Positions 1-9,341 of a stretch of 64,000 nt of DNA are shown piece by piece. Numbering within the stretch: the stretch's first letter is position 1; each line of letters opens with the position of its first letter. A program made the translations under genes and the position numbers. The notes under the pieces were generated by a model, which had not been told where the DNA came from, ran no database searches, and was given only the letters and a program-made list of their open reading frames with translations. Source of the stretch: Cytophagales bacterium (lineage in GTDB: Bacteria > Bacteroidota > Bacteroidia > Cytophagales > Cyclobacteriaceae); contig JAKSDQ010000060.1 in assembly GCA_022360015.1 (NCBI GenBank), positions 13,922 through 77,921 on the forward strand. The letters run 5' to 3'.

Positions 1-1464
1 CAGCATACCGGCTTGTTCATCTGAAACGCTTTCGGCATCTACAAGTACCCGGAGTTCTCTGCCTGCCTGAATGGCATAACACTTATTAACACCGTCAAAA
101 TTGAGCGCCAGATCTTCCAATTCTTTCAACCTTTGTATATAAGAGTCCATAACTTCCCTACGTGCCCCGGGTCTGGAGCCTGAGATGGCATCACAGGCCT
201 GAATGACAGGTGAAATCAACGTAGTCATTTCGATCTCATCATGGTGAGCACCAATAGCGTTACAAACATCAGGATGCTCCTTGTACTTTTTCGCCAACTC
301 CATACCCAGAATAGCATGAGGGAGTTCCTGTTCTTCCGGCCATACTTTACCGATATCATGCAAAAGACCCGCCCGCTTTGCCAGTTTTGCATTGAGGCCC
401 AACTCGGATGACATGACCGCGCAAAGTTTTGCCACTTCTTTTGAATGTTGCAACAGGTTTTGGCCGTAGGAAGATCTGAAGCGCATTCTTCCCACCAGCT
501 TAATCAGTTCCGGGTGCAATCCGTGGATACCCAGGTCAATGACTGTTCTTTCGCCCAATTCAACAATTTCCTCTTCAATATTTCGGGTAGTTTTAGCCAC
601 TACCTCCTCAATTCTTGCCGGGTGAATACGCCCATCAGTTACCAACCTGTGTAAAGCCAGCCGGGCAATTTCCCTCCTTACCGGGTCAAAACCCGATATA
701 ATGATGGCCTCCGGTGTATCATCAACAATAATCTCAACACCGGTCACAGACTCAAGCGCCCGTATATTTCTTCCTTCACGGCCAATAATCTTTCCTTTAA
801 TGTCGTCACTTTCGATGTTAAATATGGAAACACAATTTTCTATAGCATGCTCAGTGGCAGTTCTCTGGATAGTTTCAATGACAATTTTCTTTGCCTCCTT
901 GGTCGCTGATAACCGGGCCTCCTCCATGATCTCCTTGATGAATGAGGAGGCTTTTGTTTGAGCTTCTTCTTTTAAGGTTTCTACGAGTTGATCACGTGCC
1001 TCATCAGCCGTTAGATTTGAGATTTTCTCAAGCATACTAATTTGCTGCTTTTTCACCTTTTCCATTTCCTCTTTCCTTTTAGCAGTGATCTCCAACTGGG
1101 CATTCAGGTTTTCGGTAGAACTTTCCAGTTCCGCCTCTCTCCGCTTCATCTTCTCAATCTGCTTGGAAAAATTTTGCTCTCTCTGCTTTAGCTTGTTCTC
1201 ATTACTGATGATTTGATTTTTCTTTCGGTTGGCTTCTTCTTCAAACTCGGCTTTCAATTTTAGAAATTTTTCTTTTGCCTCTAAAATTTTGTTCTTTTTA
1301 AGGTTTTCTGAAGAAATCTCCGCCTCCTTTATCAGTAGTTCTGCTTTTTCCTTTGTTTTCAGTTCTTCCTGTTTATAGGCCTTTTTCAACACTATCCGCC
1401 CTGCAAATACACCGATTAACAAGGAAATTATTGCAATTATCGGGTAAATGATAGTCTCATCCAT
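1..1464 (-). CDS. rny: Ribonuclease Y (partial; 3' end runs off the window)
   Basis: Missing from the ORF track because it has no stop in the window. Manual translation from ATG at 1464 gives an N-terminal TM anchor ([18 protein letters not shown]), a coiled coil, a KH motif ([28 protein letters not shown]) and an HD motif (AGLLHDIGK). Confidence 0.95.
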   Translation of the reverse strand, partial: MDETIIYPIIAIISLLIGVFAGRIVLKKAYKQEELKTKEKAELLIKEAEISSENLKKNKILEAKEKFLKLKAEFEEEANRKKNQIISNENKLKQREQNFSKQIEKMKRREAELESSTENLNAQLEITAKRKEEMEKVKKQQISMLEKISNLTADEARDQLVETLKEEAQTKASSFIKEIMEEARLSATKEAKKIVIETIQRTATEHAIENCVSIFNIESDDIKGKIIGREGRNIRALESVTGVEIIVDDTPEAIIISGFDPVRREIARLALHRLVTDGRIHPARIEEVVAKTTRNIEEEIVELGERTVIDLGIHGLHPELIKLVGRMRFRSSYGQNLLQHSKEVAKLCAVMSSELGLNAKLAKRAGLLHDIGKVWPEEQELPHAILGMELAKKYKEHPDVCNAIGAHHDEIEMTTLISPVIQACDAISGSRPGARREVMDSYIQRLKELEDLALNFDGVNKCYAIQAGRELRVLVDAESVSDEQAGML

Positions 1465-1562
1465 ACGTTTCAATTTAGTTCATATTAGAAAACGGCAGGT
1501 AGGATGAGTTAAACCAAGTATTGCAAAATGGAAAGTTGAGGGAAAAGGATATAAAAAAGTAA

Positions 1563-1865
1563 TTATAAAGTTCTGGAAATTAAATCATTCAAGCTTCTAA
1601 TCCTATTTACTACATTCTCGTCAACGCCGTCATTGTTTTCCTCTAATTGTAATTTTTCTATCAAACAATCAAAAGCAACCATTGCCAGTAGATCTTGTTT
1701 ATCATCTATTCCAAATTGATTCCTATAATTTCTAATTTTTTCGTTAATGACTTTTCCAGCCATTCTGATCCTCTCCTCATCATTTGGGTGTACCTTCATT
1801 GGATACTCCCGGTCCCCAATTTTAATTCTAATTGAAAGCTCCGTCATAGGAGTAAATCTACTCAC
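1563..1865 (-). CDS. zapA: Cell division protein ZapA
   Basis: IKIGDREYPMKV...EERIRMAGKVINEKI...DLLAMVA pattern; position between pheT and rny. Confidence 0.9.
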   Translation of the reverse strand: MSRFTPMTELSIRIKIGDREYPMKVHPNDEERIRMAGKVINEKIRNYRNQFGIDDKQDLLAMVAFDCLIEKLQLEENNDGVDENVVNRIRSLNDLISRTL

Positions 1866-2154
1866 TCAAATGAGCGATGCATTTATCAATTTCTTTAATA
1901 TAATTATTTATCAATTGTTTCAACTCAGCAGTATCCTCATGCTCTACTGCCATACTTCTTACAAGTTTACTAATTTTAATCTTATTTTGAAAATTATTTA
2001 AATGATCATCCTTAGTTCTGATAGAAACCTTGAGTTGGTTATTTTCGTCTTTAAGATATTGAATTTCTTCCTTTAGCGCCTTATGCTCATTCAACAAAAG
2101 TTTTAGTCTTCTTTCCAGCGCCTGAAACTCCGAATTTAGTATTTCGCGATCCAT
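1858..2154 (-). CDS. Coiled-coil protein, ZapB-like hypothetical
   Basis: 98-aa heptad-rich ORF overlapping the zapA start and abutting the pheT stop. Confidence 0.75.
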   Translation of the reverse strand: MDREILNSEFQALERRLKLLLNEHKALKEEIQYLKDENNQLKVSIRTKDDHLNNFQNKIKISKLVRSMAVEHEDTAELKQLINNYIKEIDKCIAHLSE

Positions 2155-4569
2155 TTATTTTCTGATAATTGCTCCTAGTTCTTTTTCAAACGACTTCATT
2201 AACCTATCCATGGTTTTGTCAATCGTTTTATCGGTTAGGGTTTGGTGGTGATCCTGTAAAATGAATTTTATGGCATAGGCCTTCTTCCCTGTACCTACAT
2301 TTTCGCCTTCATATACATCAAATACACTGATGTCTCTCAATAACCTGCTTTCACTTTTTTCCGCAATCTGCCTGATTTTATCAAATCCAATTTTTTTATC
2401 CAAAACCAGGGATAAATCTCTTCGCACTTCCGGAAACTTGGAGATTTCCTGATAATTAACACGCTTGTCACTTTGCTTTAACAGATATTCCCAGTTGAAG
2501 ATCGCATACCACACCTCTTCCTGTATGTCTGCCTGACCGGTAACATCTTCAGAAAGCTTCCCAAAAGCTACTATTTCCCTGCCTCCTACAGAAATTTGTA
2601 AACCAAAGGCAAATAATCCGTCATAAATTGCTTTACTATCGGTATTTGTAATGCTAAATTTATTTAAAATTTTTGCAACCACGGACGAAAGATCATAGAA
2701 TTCTAACTGACGTGCCTTATTAATCCAATTTTCATCCTCCACCATTCCGGTCAGTAAAAGACTGAGACCAGTCTTTTCGCCATAGCCTTTTTCGCTTTTG
2801 AAATACGATTTCCCGAATTCAAAAAACTTCAGATTCTTCTGTTTTCGGTTAATATTATAGGCCAGGGATTCCAAACCCGTGAATACCATATCCTGTCTCA
2901 GTACACCCAGGTCTTCACTTAATTTGTTTAAAATCTCGACATGTTTAGTTTCGTCAATAAAATCAGCATTAACCGCATAGCTAGGTTTGGTTAAAGAGTT
3001 GGTAATGATTTCATTGAAGCCCATGGACGCAAGCATTTCGGAAGTCCTGAATTGAACCTGTTCCCTGTCAATAACAGGAAATTCAGACAAGTAATCGGTG
3101 CCAATATAATCAGGTAATTCCACATTGTTAAAACCATAAATTCGCAATATCTCCTCCACAATGTCTGCCTCCCTTTTGACATCGACACGATACGGTGGTA
3201 CCAGCGCAATAAAACTCTCATCTTCCCGGTTGTCAGTTTTTATATCCAGGTTTTCCAGAATCTTGAAAATTGTGGCCTGATCTATCTCTTTACCAATCAG
3301 TCTGTTGATATGGCTGAACTTCACCTTTATGCTTGTGTCCTCAACCGGTTCGGGATAAACATCGACGATTTCCGAGGATATATCACCGCCACAGATGTCT
3401 TTTATCAGCAAAGCTGCCCTTTTTACTGCATAGATAGTAATTCGAGGGTCGGTACCACGCTCAAATCGAAATGAAGCATCAGTTTTTAATCCATGGGTCA
3501 CGGAGGTTTTTCTAATGTAATCAGGTGAAAAATAGGCCCCTTCAATGAAAATATTTGAGGTTGTGTCGGTTACTCCTGATTTGATGCCCCCAAATACTCC
3601 CGCAATACACATGCCTTCTTTTTCGTTACAAATCATGAGATCATCAGCGGCCAGTCTTCTCTCTTTTCCATCTAAGGTAACAAAACCTGTGCCTTCAGCC
3701 TGGGTTTTAACGATTATTTTATGGCCGGTAATCCTATCGGCATCAAAAGCATGTAAGGGTTGACCTATTTCATGGCACACAAAATTGGTTACATCCACCA
3801 CGGCATTGATTGGCGTTAGGCCGATGGAACGCAACCGTACCTGTAGCCAATCCGGTGATGGTTTTACGCTGATATTCGACACAGTAACGCCGGAATATCT
3901 TGGGCAGGCCTCCCGATTTTCTACCTCAACACGAATTGAACGTGCAGTGTTGTCAATTTTAAATTGATCTACCGACGGCCATTTTATAGATTTGTCAAAT
4001 ACAGCTTTGAGATCCCTGGCTACGCCAATATGGGAAATAGCGTCACCTCGGTTGGGGGTCAATCCTATTTCGATGATGTAATCATTTTCAAGTTTAAAAT
4101 ATTCACTGGCAGGAGTTCCGGGTTTTAAATCTGTTTCCAAAACCATTATCCCGTCATGAGAATCTCCTAACCCGATCTCATCTTCAGCACAAATCATGCC
4201 CATAGACAATTCACCCCTTATTTTTGTTTTTTTAATCTTAAAGGGCTCACTACCTTTGGGATACAGTGTTGAACCTACCTTGGCCACTACCACCTGTTGG
4301 CCTGCCGCTATATTTGGAGCACCACATACAATCGGCAATGTTTCCTGTTCGCCTACATCGACGGTAGTTATCTTCAGCTTATCAGCGTTGGGGTGTTTTT
4401 CACAGGTCAATACATTCCCGATCACCATTCCTTCTAATCCACCTTCTACCGACTCATACTTCTCTATCCCTTCAACCTCAAGTCCGGTTTGCGTAAGAGT
4501 TTCGGACAATACCTCCGGTTTATCTTTGACCTCAATGTATTCTTTGAGCCATTTTAAAGAAATCTTCAT
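2155..4569 (-). CDS. pheT: Phenylalanine-tRNA ligase beta subunit
   Basis: MKISLKWLKEY start, tRNA-binding OB fold (CEKHPNADKL), B3/B4 (RFERG), B5, and FDX-ACB C-terminus (FPEVRRDLS). Confidence 0.98.
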   Translation of the reverse strand: MKISLKWLKEYIEVKDKPEVLSETLTQTGLEVEGIEKYESVEGGLEGMVIGNVLTCEKHPNADKLKITTVDVGEQETLPIVCGAPNIAAGQQVVVAKVGSTLYPKGSEPFKIKKTKIRGELSMGMICAEDEIGLGDSHDGIMVLETDLKPGTPASEYFKLENDYIIEIGLTPNRGDAISHIGVARDLKAVFDKSIKWPSVDQFKIDNTARSIRVEVENREACPRYSGVTVSNISVKPSPDWLQVRLRSIGLTPINAVVDVTNFVCHEIGQPLHAFDADRITGHKIIVKTQAEGTGFVTLDGKERRLAADDLMICNEKEGMCIAGVFGGIKSGVTDTTSNIFIEGAYFSPDYIRKTSVTHGLKTDASFRFERGTDPRITIYAVKRAALLIKDICGGDISSEIVDVYPEPVEDTSIKVKFSHINRLIGKEIDQATIFKILENLDIKTDNREDESFIALVPPYRVDVKREADIVEEILRIYGFNNVELPDYIGTDYLSEFPVIDREQVQFRTSEMLASMGFNEIITNSLTKPSYAVNADFIDETKHVEILNKLSEDLGVLRQDMVFTGLESLAYNINRKQKNLKFFEFGKSYFKSEKGYGEKTGLSLLLTGMVEDENWINKARQLEFYDLSSVVAKILNKFSITNTDSKAIYDGLFAFGLQISVGGREIVAFGKLSEDVTGQADIQEEVWYAIFNWEYLLKQSDKRVNYQEISKFPEVRRDLSLVLDKKIGFDKIRQIAEKSESRLLRDISVFDVYEGENVGTGKKAYAIKFILQDHHQTLTDKTIDKTMDRLMKSFEKELGAIIRK

Positions 4570-4692
4570 ATTAGTTTCAGTGCTAAATGGGTTTTTTGCC
4601 CGTATATAAAAAAAACAAAAATGTTAAATTGAATCAATCTGATGACAAAGTAAACAGCAAAATTATAAATTTACCTGAATTATCACCAGACA

Positions 4693-5310
4693 TTAGTTTT
4701 TCAAATAGTTTTTCTCGCCTGCTTTAATAGCAACGGATAAAAAGTTTTCCTTGGGAGGCAAGGGACAACTAAACTTATCACTATAAGCACAGTAAGGGTT
4801 GTAGGCCAGGTTAAAATCAATAATCAACTCATTATTGTCAGGTATTTCAAAGTCCAGGTACCTGCCTGCTCCATAGGTTTCCAGCGCACTGGTTCCATCA
4901 GCAAAAGGAAGAAACAACTGGTCATCTGGTTTTTGAACGGATTGATATAACACCAGCCGCAATGCTTCACCACCTAATTGAAATTTGGCGTAAGCATATT
5001 TTTTATATTGCTTTTCTTTACCGTCAGAGGTAGGCATAGTCACAATTTCTCTGGCAGTAAGCAGCACTAAGGTAGCCTTGACTTTGTAGGTCTTATCGAC
5101 AGGATAGTAGCTTAAACCCTCGAATTCTTTTTTATCTGTGACAGTTAAAGGGGAGTCTGCTGAATTACGAAGAAATTCATCCTTTTCATTTCTTTCCTGC
5201 TGAATTAACTCAGTATAGGAAATATCTTCACCTGTATCTGAAAATGTGTAAATTATACTGCCAATAACCACTAAGCAAGCCACAAACAACAGAATACGGG
5301 TGTTTTTCAT
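4693..5310 (-). CDS. DUF1684-family protein
   Basis: LFLPFADGTS...TYGAGRYLD, DFNLAYNPYCAY...CPLPP motifs. Start moved to ATG 5310 because a -7 promoter element (5334-5341) lies inside the longer ORF. Confidence 0.85.
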   Translation of the reverse strand: MKNTRILLFVACLVVIGSIIYTFSDTGEDISYTELIQQERNEKDEFLRNSADSPLTVTDKKEFEGLSYYPVDKTYKVKATLVLLTAREIVTMPTSDGKEKQYKKYAYAKFQLGGEALRLVLYQSVQKPDDQLFLPFADGTSALETYGAGRYLDFEIPDNNELIIDFNLAYNPYCAYSDKFSCPLPPKENFLSVAIKAGEKNYLKN

Positions 5311-5379
5311 GATCGTTATCTTTATCCTCCTGGCAAAAATAACGGAAATTACGGGCAAAATGCATCTTTGGATATAGTT

Positions 5380-6090
5380 TTATAATATGCCCTCATCGCT
5401 AAAGCTAAAGTAACTTTCATCTGTAAAAATCAAATGATCGAGTACCGGTATATCAAGCATTTTACCGGATGATTTTAACTGGCTGGTTAATCGGATGTCA
5501 GCCTCACTGGGTTTGAGGGTACCTGAGGGATGATTATGTACAAGGATGATAGAACTGGCCAGGTGGTTGAGGGCATGTTTGAATATAACCTTGGGATCTG
5601 CCAGGGTACCCGACACCCCTCCCATGCTCACGGCAAGTTTTTTCAGAACCTGATTGGCACGGTTTAAAAGTATGATCCAAAAATGCTCTGTTGGCTGATC
5701 CAGCAGGACTGGCCTCATTAATTTGTAGACATCTGATGATGAGGTTATTTTAAATTTACGGTTGGGAGCGATTTCATTTCTCCTTCGCCCCAGTTCAAAG
5801 GCACTGATAATGGCTATGGCCTTTGCCTCGCCTATGCCTTTGATCCTTTGTAATTCTTTGGCATCGAGCCTGGCGATTGTGTTGAGATCGTGATTAAACT
5901 CGTTTAACACACTTCTGGCTAAATCAATTGCACTCAATGACTTCGTGCCGGTAGCAATCAGAATTCCTAAAAGCTCTGCATCCGTAAGAAAAGATTTACC
6001 TTTATTTAAAAGCTTTTCCCGTGGTCTGTCTTGTTCAGCCCAATGGCGAATATGGAAGCCGTCGCCGACTCTGTAGGTGGTGTTTTTCAT
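5380..6090 (-). CDS. radC: RadC/JAB-domain protein
   Basis: DRPREKL, HhH (GIGEAKA) and JAB motif HNHPSG...PSEAD...LDH. Confidence 0.95.
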   Translation of the reverse strand: MKNTTYRVGDGFHIRHWAEQDRPREKLLNKGKSFLTDAELLGILIATGTKSLSAIDLARSVLNEFNHDLNTIARLDAKELQRIKGIGEAKAIAIISAFELGRRRNEIAPNRKFKITSSSDVYKLMRPVLLDQPTEHFWIILLNRANQVLKKLAVSMGGVSGTLADPKVIFKHALNHLASSIILVHNHPSGTLKPSEADIRLTSQLKSSGKMLDIPVLDHLIFTDESYFSFSDEGIL

Positions 6091-6147
6091 AATAAGTCTA
6101 AAAAATGTATTGCCCCTCCGGAGCCCCTAAAAAAAGTCTTCTAATAT

Positions 6148-6179
6148 AAAAAAAGCCTCATGTTTTTTCAACACAAGGC
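6148..6179 (-). terminator. Intrinsic terminator after rpsT
   Basis: Minus strand GCCTTGTGTT-GAAAA-AACATGAGGC (10 bp including two G-U pairs) followed by a U-tract. Confidence 0.75.
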
Positions 6180-6203
6180 CAAATTTTTTCTTCTGTATTT
6201 TTC

Positions 6204-6455
6204 TTACAAACTGTTTACGTAGCTTGTTAGTTTTGATTTATTATTGGCTGCTTTGTTTTTATGAATGATATTTCTCTTGGCCAACTTATCCAGCATACTG
6301 GAAACTTTTTTCAATAGTTCTACTGCCTCTGCTTTATCGGTAGTTTCCCTCAATTTTTTGATATAGGTTCTGGTTGTTTTATGTTGATATCTGTTCCTTA
6401 GCCTTTTGGCATTGTTAGACCGTATCCTTTTTAACGCAGATTTATGATTCGCCAT
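6204..6455 (-). CDS. rpsT: 30S ribosomal protein S20
   Basis: [13 protein letters not shown]...[14 protein letters not shown]. Confidence 0.98.
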   Translation of the reverse strand: MANHKSALKRIRSNNAKRLRNRYQHKTTRTYIKKLRETTDKAEAVELLKKVSSMLDKLAKRNIIHKNKAANNKSKLTSYVNSL

Positions 6456-6483
6456 TTTATACCCTTCATTTTTTTTAAGAATG

Positions 6484-6514
6484 CAAATTTAATACTAATT
6501 CTATAAATTACAAA
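6484..6514 (-). promoter_or_regulatory. Bacteroidota sigma-ABfr promoter for rpsT
   Basis: Minus strand TTTG (6514-6511), 19-bp spacer, TAAATTTG (6491-6484). Confidence 0.8.
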
Positions 6515-6609
6515 AACGCAAGATAATTTTTAAGTTTTGTTTTCTCCTGCAATAATTCCTGTTTATATTACTACAGAATTCCCCCCTTTTTTTAAAATGC
6601 CACCAGACC

Positions 6610-7617
6610 ATGAACAGATCATGTATTTTTTTATTATCGTTGCTGCTATGCCATTTTAATGGTAACAATCCTGAATATTCAAACCGTATTGCGGCAGAAA
6701 AACCTTTGTGGGGCTTTTATGCCCATAAGCTGATTAACCGTCTGGCGGTATTTTGTTTACCCCCAGAAATGATAGTTTTCTATAAACCTAACATCCGCTT
6801 TTTGGAAGATCACGCCGTAGATCCTGATAAAAGAAGATATGCCATAAAGGGAGAAGCGCCAAAACATTATATTGATCTGGACCATTTTCCGGCAGAAAGT
6901 TTGGATCAATCAGCTTTTTACTGGAAGGATGCGGTTGAAAAATTTTCAATCGATACCCTGATGAGCCGTGGAGTCGTGCCATGGCATATAGTGAAGGTAA
7001 AGTATCAGCTTACCAAGGCCTTTGAGAAAAAAGATTTCCATAAGATTTTAAAACTTTCAGCCGATCTTGGACATTATATAGGAGATGCCAACGTTCCACT
7101 ACATACTACGAGCAATTATAACGGACAATTAACCGGTCAATATGGCATTCACGGTTTCTGGGAATCCAGAATTCCTGAACTCTCCGCCGATAGTTACGAT
7201 TTGTTTGTAGGCAAGGCTTCTTATTTATCAAATCCTCAAAGAACTGCCTGGCAGGCCATAAAAAATGCGCACAAAGCCGTTGACTCGGTTTTGTTGTTTG
7301 AAAAATTATTGAGCGAATCCTTTGCTGAAGACAAAAAATACAGCTTTGAAGAACGGAACGGACAAACTGTCAAGGTATATTCCAAACCTTTTAGTAAAGC
7401 TTACGAAAAAAAGCTTAATGGACAGGTTGAACGCCAGTTGAAGGCTTCAATCAAGATGGTGGCGGACTTTTGGTATACTGCCTGGGTTGACGCAGGCCAA
7501 CCGGTGCTGGTGGGCTTGAACAGTGAGAATAATATGAGTTTACTGGAAAAACTACTAGAGGAAGAGAGTCGTTTATGGCAACAGAAAAAATTTCCTGCAA
7601 GACCTCACAAGAATTGA
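6610..7617 (+). CDS. Zinc-dependent phospholipase C / S1-P1 nuclease family secreted protein
   Basis: Signal peptide, WGFYAH, HYIDLD, LGHYIGDANVPLH and HGFWES zinc-ligand motifs. Confidence 0.85.
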   Translation: MNRSCIFLLSLLLCHFNGNNPEYSNRIAAEKPLWGFYAHKLINRLAVFCLPPEMIVFYKPNIRFLEDHAVDPDKRRYAIKGEAPKHYIDLDHFPAESLDQSAFYWKDAVEKFSIDTLMSRGVVPWHIVKVKYQLTKAFEKKDFHKILKLSADLGHYIGDANVPLHTTSNYNGQLTGQYGIHGFWESRIPELSADSYDLFVGKASYLSNPQRTAWQAIKNAHKAVDSVLLFEKLLSESFAEDKKYSFEERNGQTVKVYSKPFSKAYEKKLNGQVERQLKASIKMVADFWYTAWVDAGQPVLVGLNSENNMSLLEKLLEEESRLWQQKKFPARPHKN

Positions 7618-7697
7618 AGATGGAGGTAAGTGTAGCCTTCCCACCCAGACTTACCCTGGTGTTGGCTAAAAGCTTAAATTACATGTTGTAACATTTA

Positions 7698-8486
7698 ATG
7701 GGCACCTCCGTTAATTCAATCATGGCAATAACTATCTATCCAAAAAAAGAACAGGCCAGCGGCCAGTTTGCAGCAGGAGCCATCAAAGAAAACAAGCCAA
7801 TCGGTTTTCCGCACGAGGGAGGCGAGTTAAAGCCCTTTTCTTCCTTGTTTTACTGGGCCCATGCCTGGTCCGATCAAGGTGGGTTAATCGGGGAACATCC
7901 ACATCAGGGTTTTGAAATCATGTCTTTTGTATTAAAAGGTGAAATTGAACACTATGACTCGCAGTTACAAAGTTGGAAAAGGCTCCGGGCTGGTGACATG
8001 CAGATTATCAGGTCAGGAAAGGGCATATCCCATGCCGAGAGATTTTTGCCTGGTGCGCACATCTTCCAGATTTGGGTTGACCCGGACTTGAGAAAAACCC
8101 TGAACAATCCCGCTACCTACAGCGATTACAGGGCAGACAGCTTTCCGGAGTCAAAGGAATCCGGTTGTGTAGTCAGAACTTTAAAAGGGCCTGGTTCACC
8201 TTTAACGATGAATGCCAATATTGAAAGTATCAGAGAGCTCCGGTTTTCCGAGGGACACCACAGAATAGAAATAAACAACAAAAACATGCTGGGAATATAT
8301 GTGACCGAAGGATTCCTCTCGTTGAATGAAGAGGCCGTGGGGCAGGATGATTTTGTATTGATCAAGGAAGAAAAAGAGATTTCTGTAAGCAATGAATCGG
8401 TTGCCGGACTGTTTATTATAGAAGTTCCTGATAATCCGGGGTATGAAACCTATGCCAATATGCAGGGTATTTCAGCTAAAATCTGA
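7698..8486 (+). CDS. Pirin-family cupin
   Basis: HPHQGFE...HYDS and GKGISHAE...QIWV pirin motifs; the true start may be the downstream Met (MAITIYP). Confidence 0.85.
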   Translation: MGTSVNSIMAITIYPKKEQASGQFAAGAIKENKPIGFPHEGGELKPFSSLFYWAHAWSDQGGLIGEHPHQGFEIMSFVLKGEIEHYDSQLQSWKRLRAGDMQIIRSGKGISHAERFLPGAHIFQIWVDPDLRKTLNNPATYSDYRADSFPESKESGCVVRTLKGPGSPLTMNANIESIRELRFSEGHHRIEINNKNMLGIYVTEGFLSLNEEAVGQDDFVLIKEEKEISVSNESVAGLFIIEVPDNPGYETYANMQGISAKI

Positions 8487-8526
8487 TTTTTTTTAAATAA
8501 ACTGAACTTAAGTAATTTGAATTCCG

Positions 8527-8558
8527 TTTGGAAACATAACAATTACCTTTTATATTTG
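8527..8558 (+). promoter_or_regulatory. sigma-ABfr promoter of the sulfur-assimilation operon
   Basis: TTTG (8527-8530), 20-bp spacer, TATATTTG (8551-8558); 30 bp upstream of the riboswitch. Confidence 0.85.
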
Positions 8559-8587
8559 GAACTTCAAGTCAATTATAAGGTAATTGA

Positions 8588-8700
8588 TTTATAAAGAAGC
8601 GCGGAGAGACAGGCTCTGTGAAGCGCTAGCAACCATATCAAAAAGATACACATTGATAGAAGGTGCTAATTCCTGATCCCGAAAGAAGGGAGAATATAAA
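8588..8700 (+). ncRNA. SAM-I (S-box) riboswitch aptamer
   Basis: P1 TTTATA/TATAAA; conserved AAGA-GCGCGGAGAGACAGGCTCTGTGAAGCGC P2, AGCAACC...AAGGTGCTAATTCC P3/J3-4, and P4 TCCC/GGGA. It lies upstream of Met/sulfur genes. Confidence 0.92.
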
Positions 8701-8711
8701 TTAATGAAACA

Positions 8712-8825
8712 ATGAAAAATAACACAAATCTTTTAACAGCCAAAAAAGCCTCACTTTTGAGCCCCTCCATTATTCATAATGAGAATGATACTTTAATGTT
8801 TGGGTGTTGTTGCTGTTGTTGCTAA
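8712..8825 (+). CDS. Putative hexa-cysteine leader peptide (37 aa, MKNNTNLLTAKKASLLSPSIIHNENDTLMFGCCCCCC)
   Basis: Manual translation: ATG 8712, TGT TGT TGC TGT TGT TGC at 8805-8822, TAA 8823-8825. Too short for the ORF track. Confidence 0.75.
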   Translation: MKNNTNLLTAKKASLLSPSIIHNENDTLMFGCCCCCC

Positions 8826-8965
8826 TCAATACATTTTATCTTTCATGAAGGATAATCTGGCCTGAGACAAACTTGTCTCAGCGCAATCAAATTACATCAA
8901 ATCAATAATTTTCAGAAGAAACAGGCGAAGGAGTTAAATCCTGAACCGCTAAAACAAAGAGAAAA

Positions 8966-9313
8966 ATGGCATTAATGATTACTGACGAATGTATCAACTG
9001 TGGAGCTTGTGAGCCGGAATGCCCAAATACGGCCATTTACGAAGGAGGAATAAATTGGAAATGGGGGGAAGGCAATGGATTGACAGAAGTTACCGATGCC
9101 CATGGAAATGTAATTGATGCACAAGAAGATCAGGAACCAATTTCGGAAGACTTTTATTTTATTGTCAGCGGCAAATGCACCGAGTGTGTGGGGTTTCATG
9201 AGGAACCACAATGTGCCGCGGTATGTCCGGTTGATTGCTGTGTTGAAGATCCGGAACATGTAGAAAGTGAAGAAATGCTATTGACTAAAAAAGAAGGTTT
9301 ACATTTAGTTTAA
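8966..9313 (+). CDS. 2[4Fe-4S] ferredoxin (YfhL/Alvin-like, with insertion)
   Basis: [12 protein letters not shown] and [18 protein letters not shown] cluster motifs. Confidence 0.93.
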   Translation: MALMITDECINCGACEPECPNTAIYEGGINWKWGEGNGLTEVTDAHGNVIDAQEDQEPISEDFYFIVSGKCTECVGFHEEPQCAAVCPVDCCVEDPEHVESEEMLLTKKEGLHLV

Positions 9314-9341
9314 AAGGATAGATTGCGACAGCGCACTAAAT

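Noticed and set aside
1465-1562. Possible 6S RNA downstream of zapA
   Set aside because: The zapA-rny gap is only about 100 bp and pyrimidine-rich on the coding strand, with no long rod-like self-complementarity.
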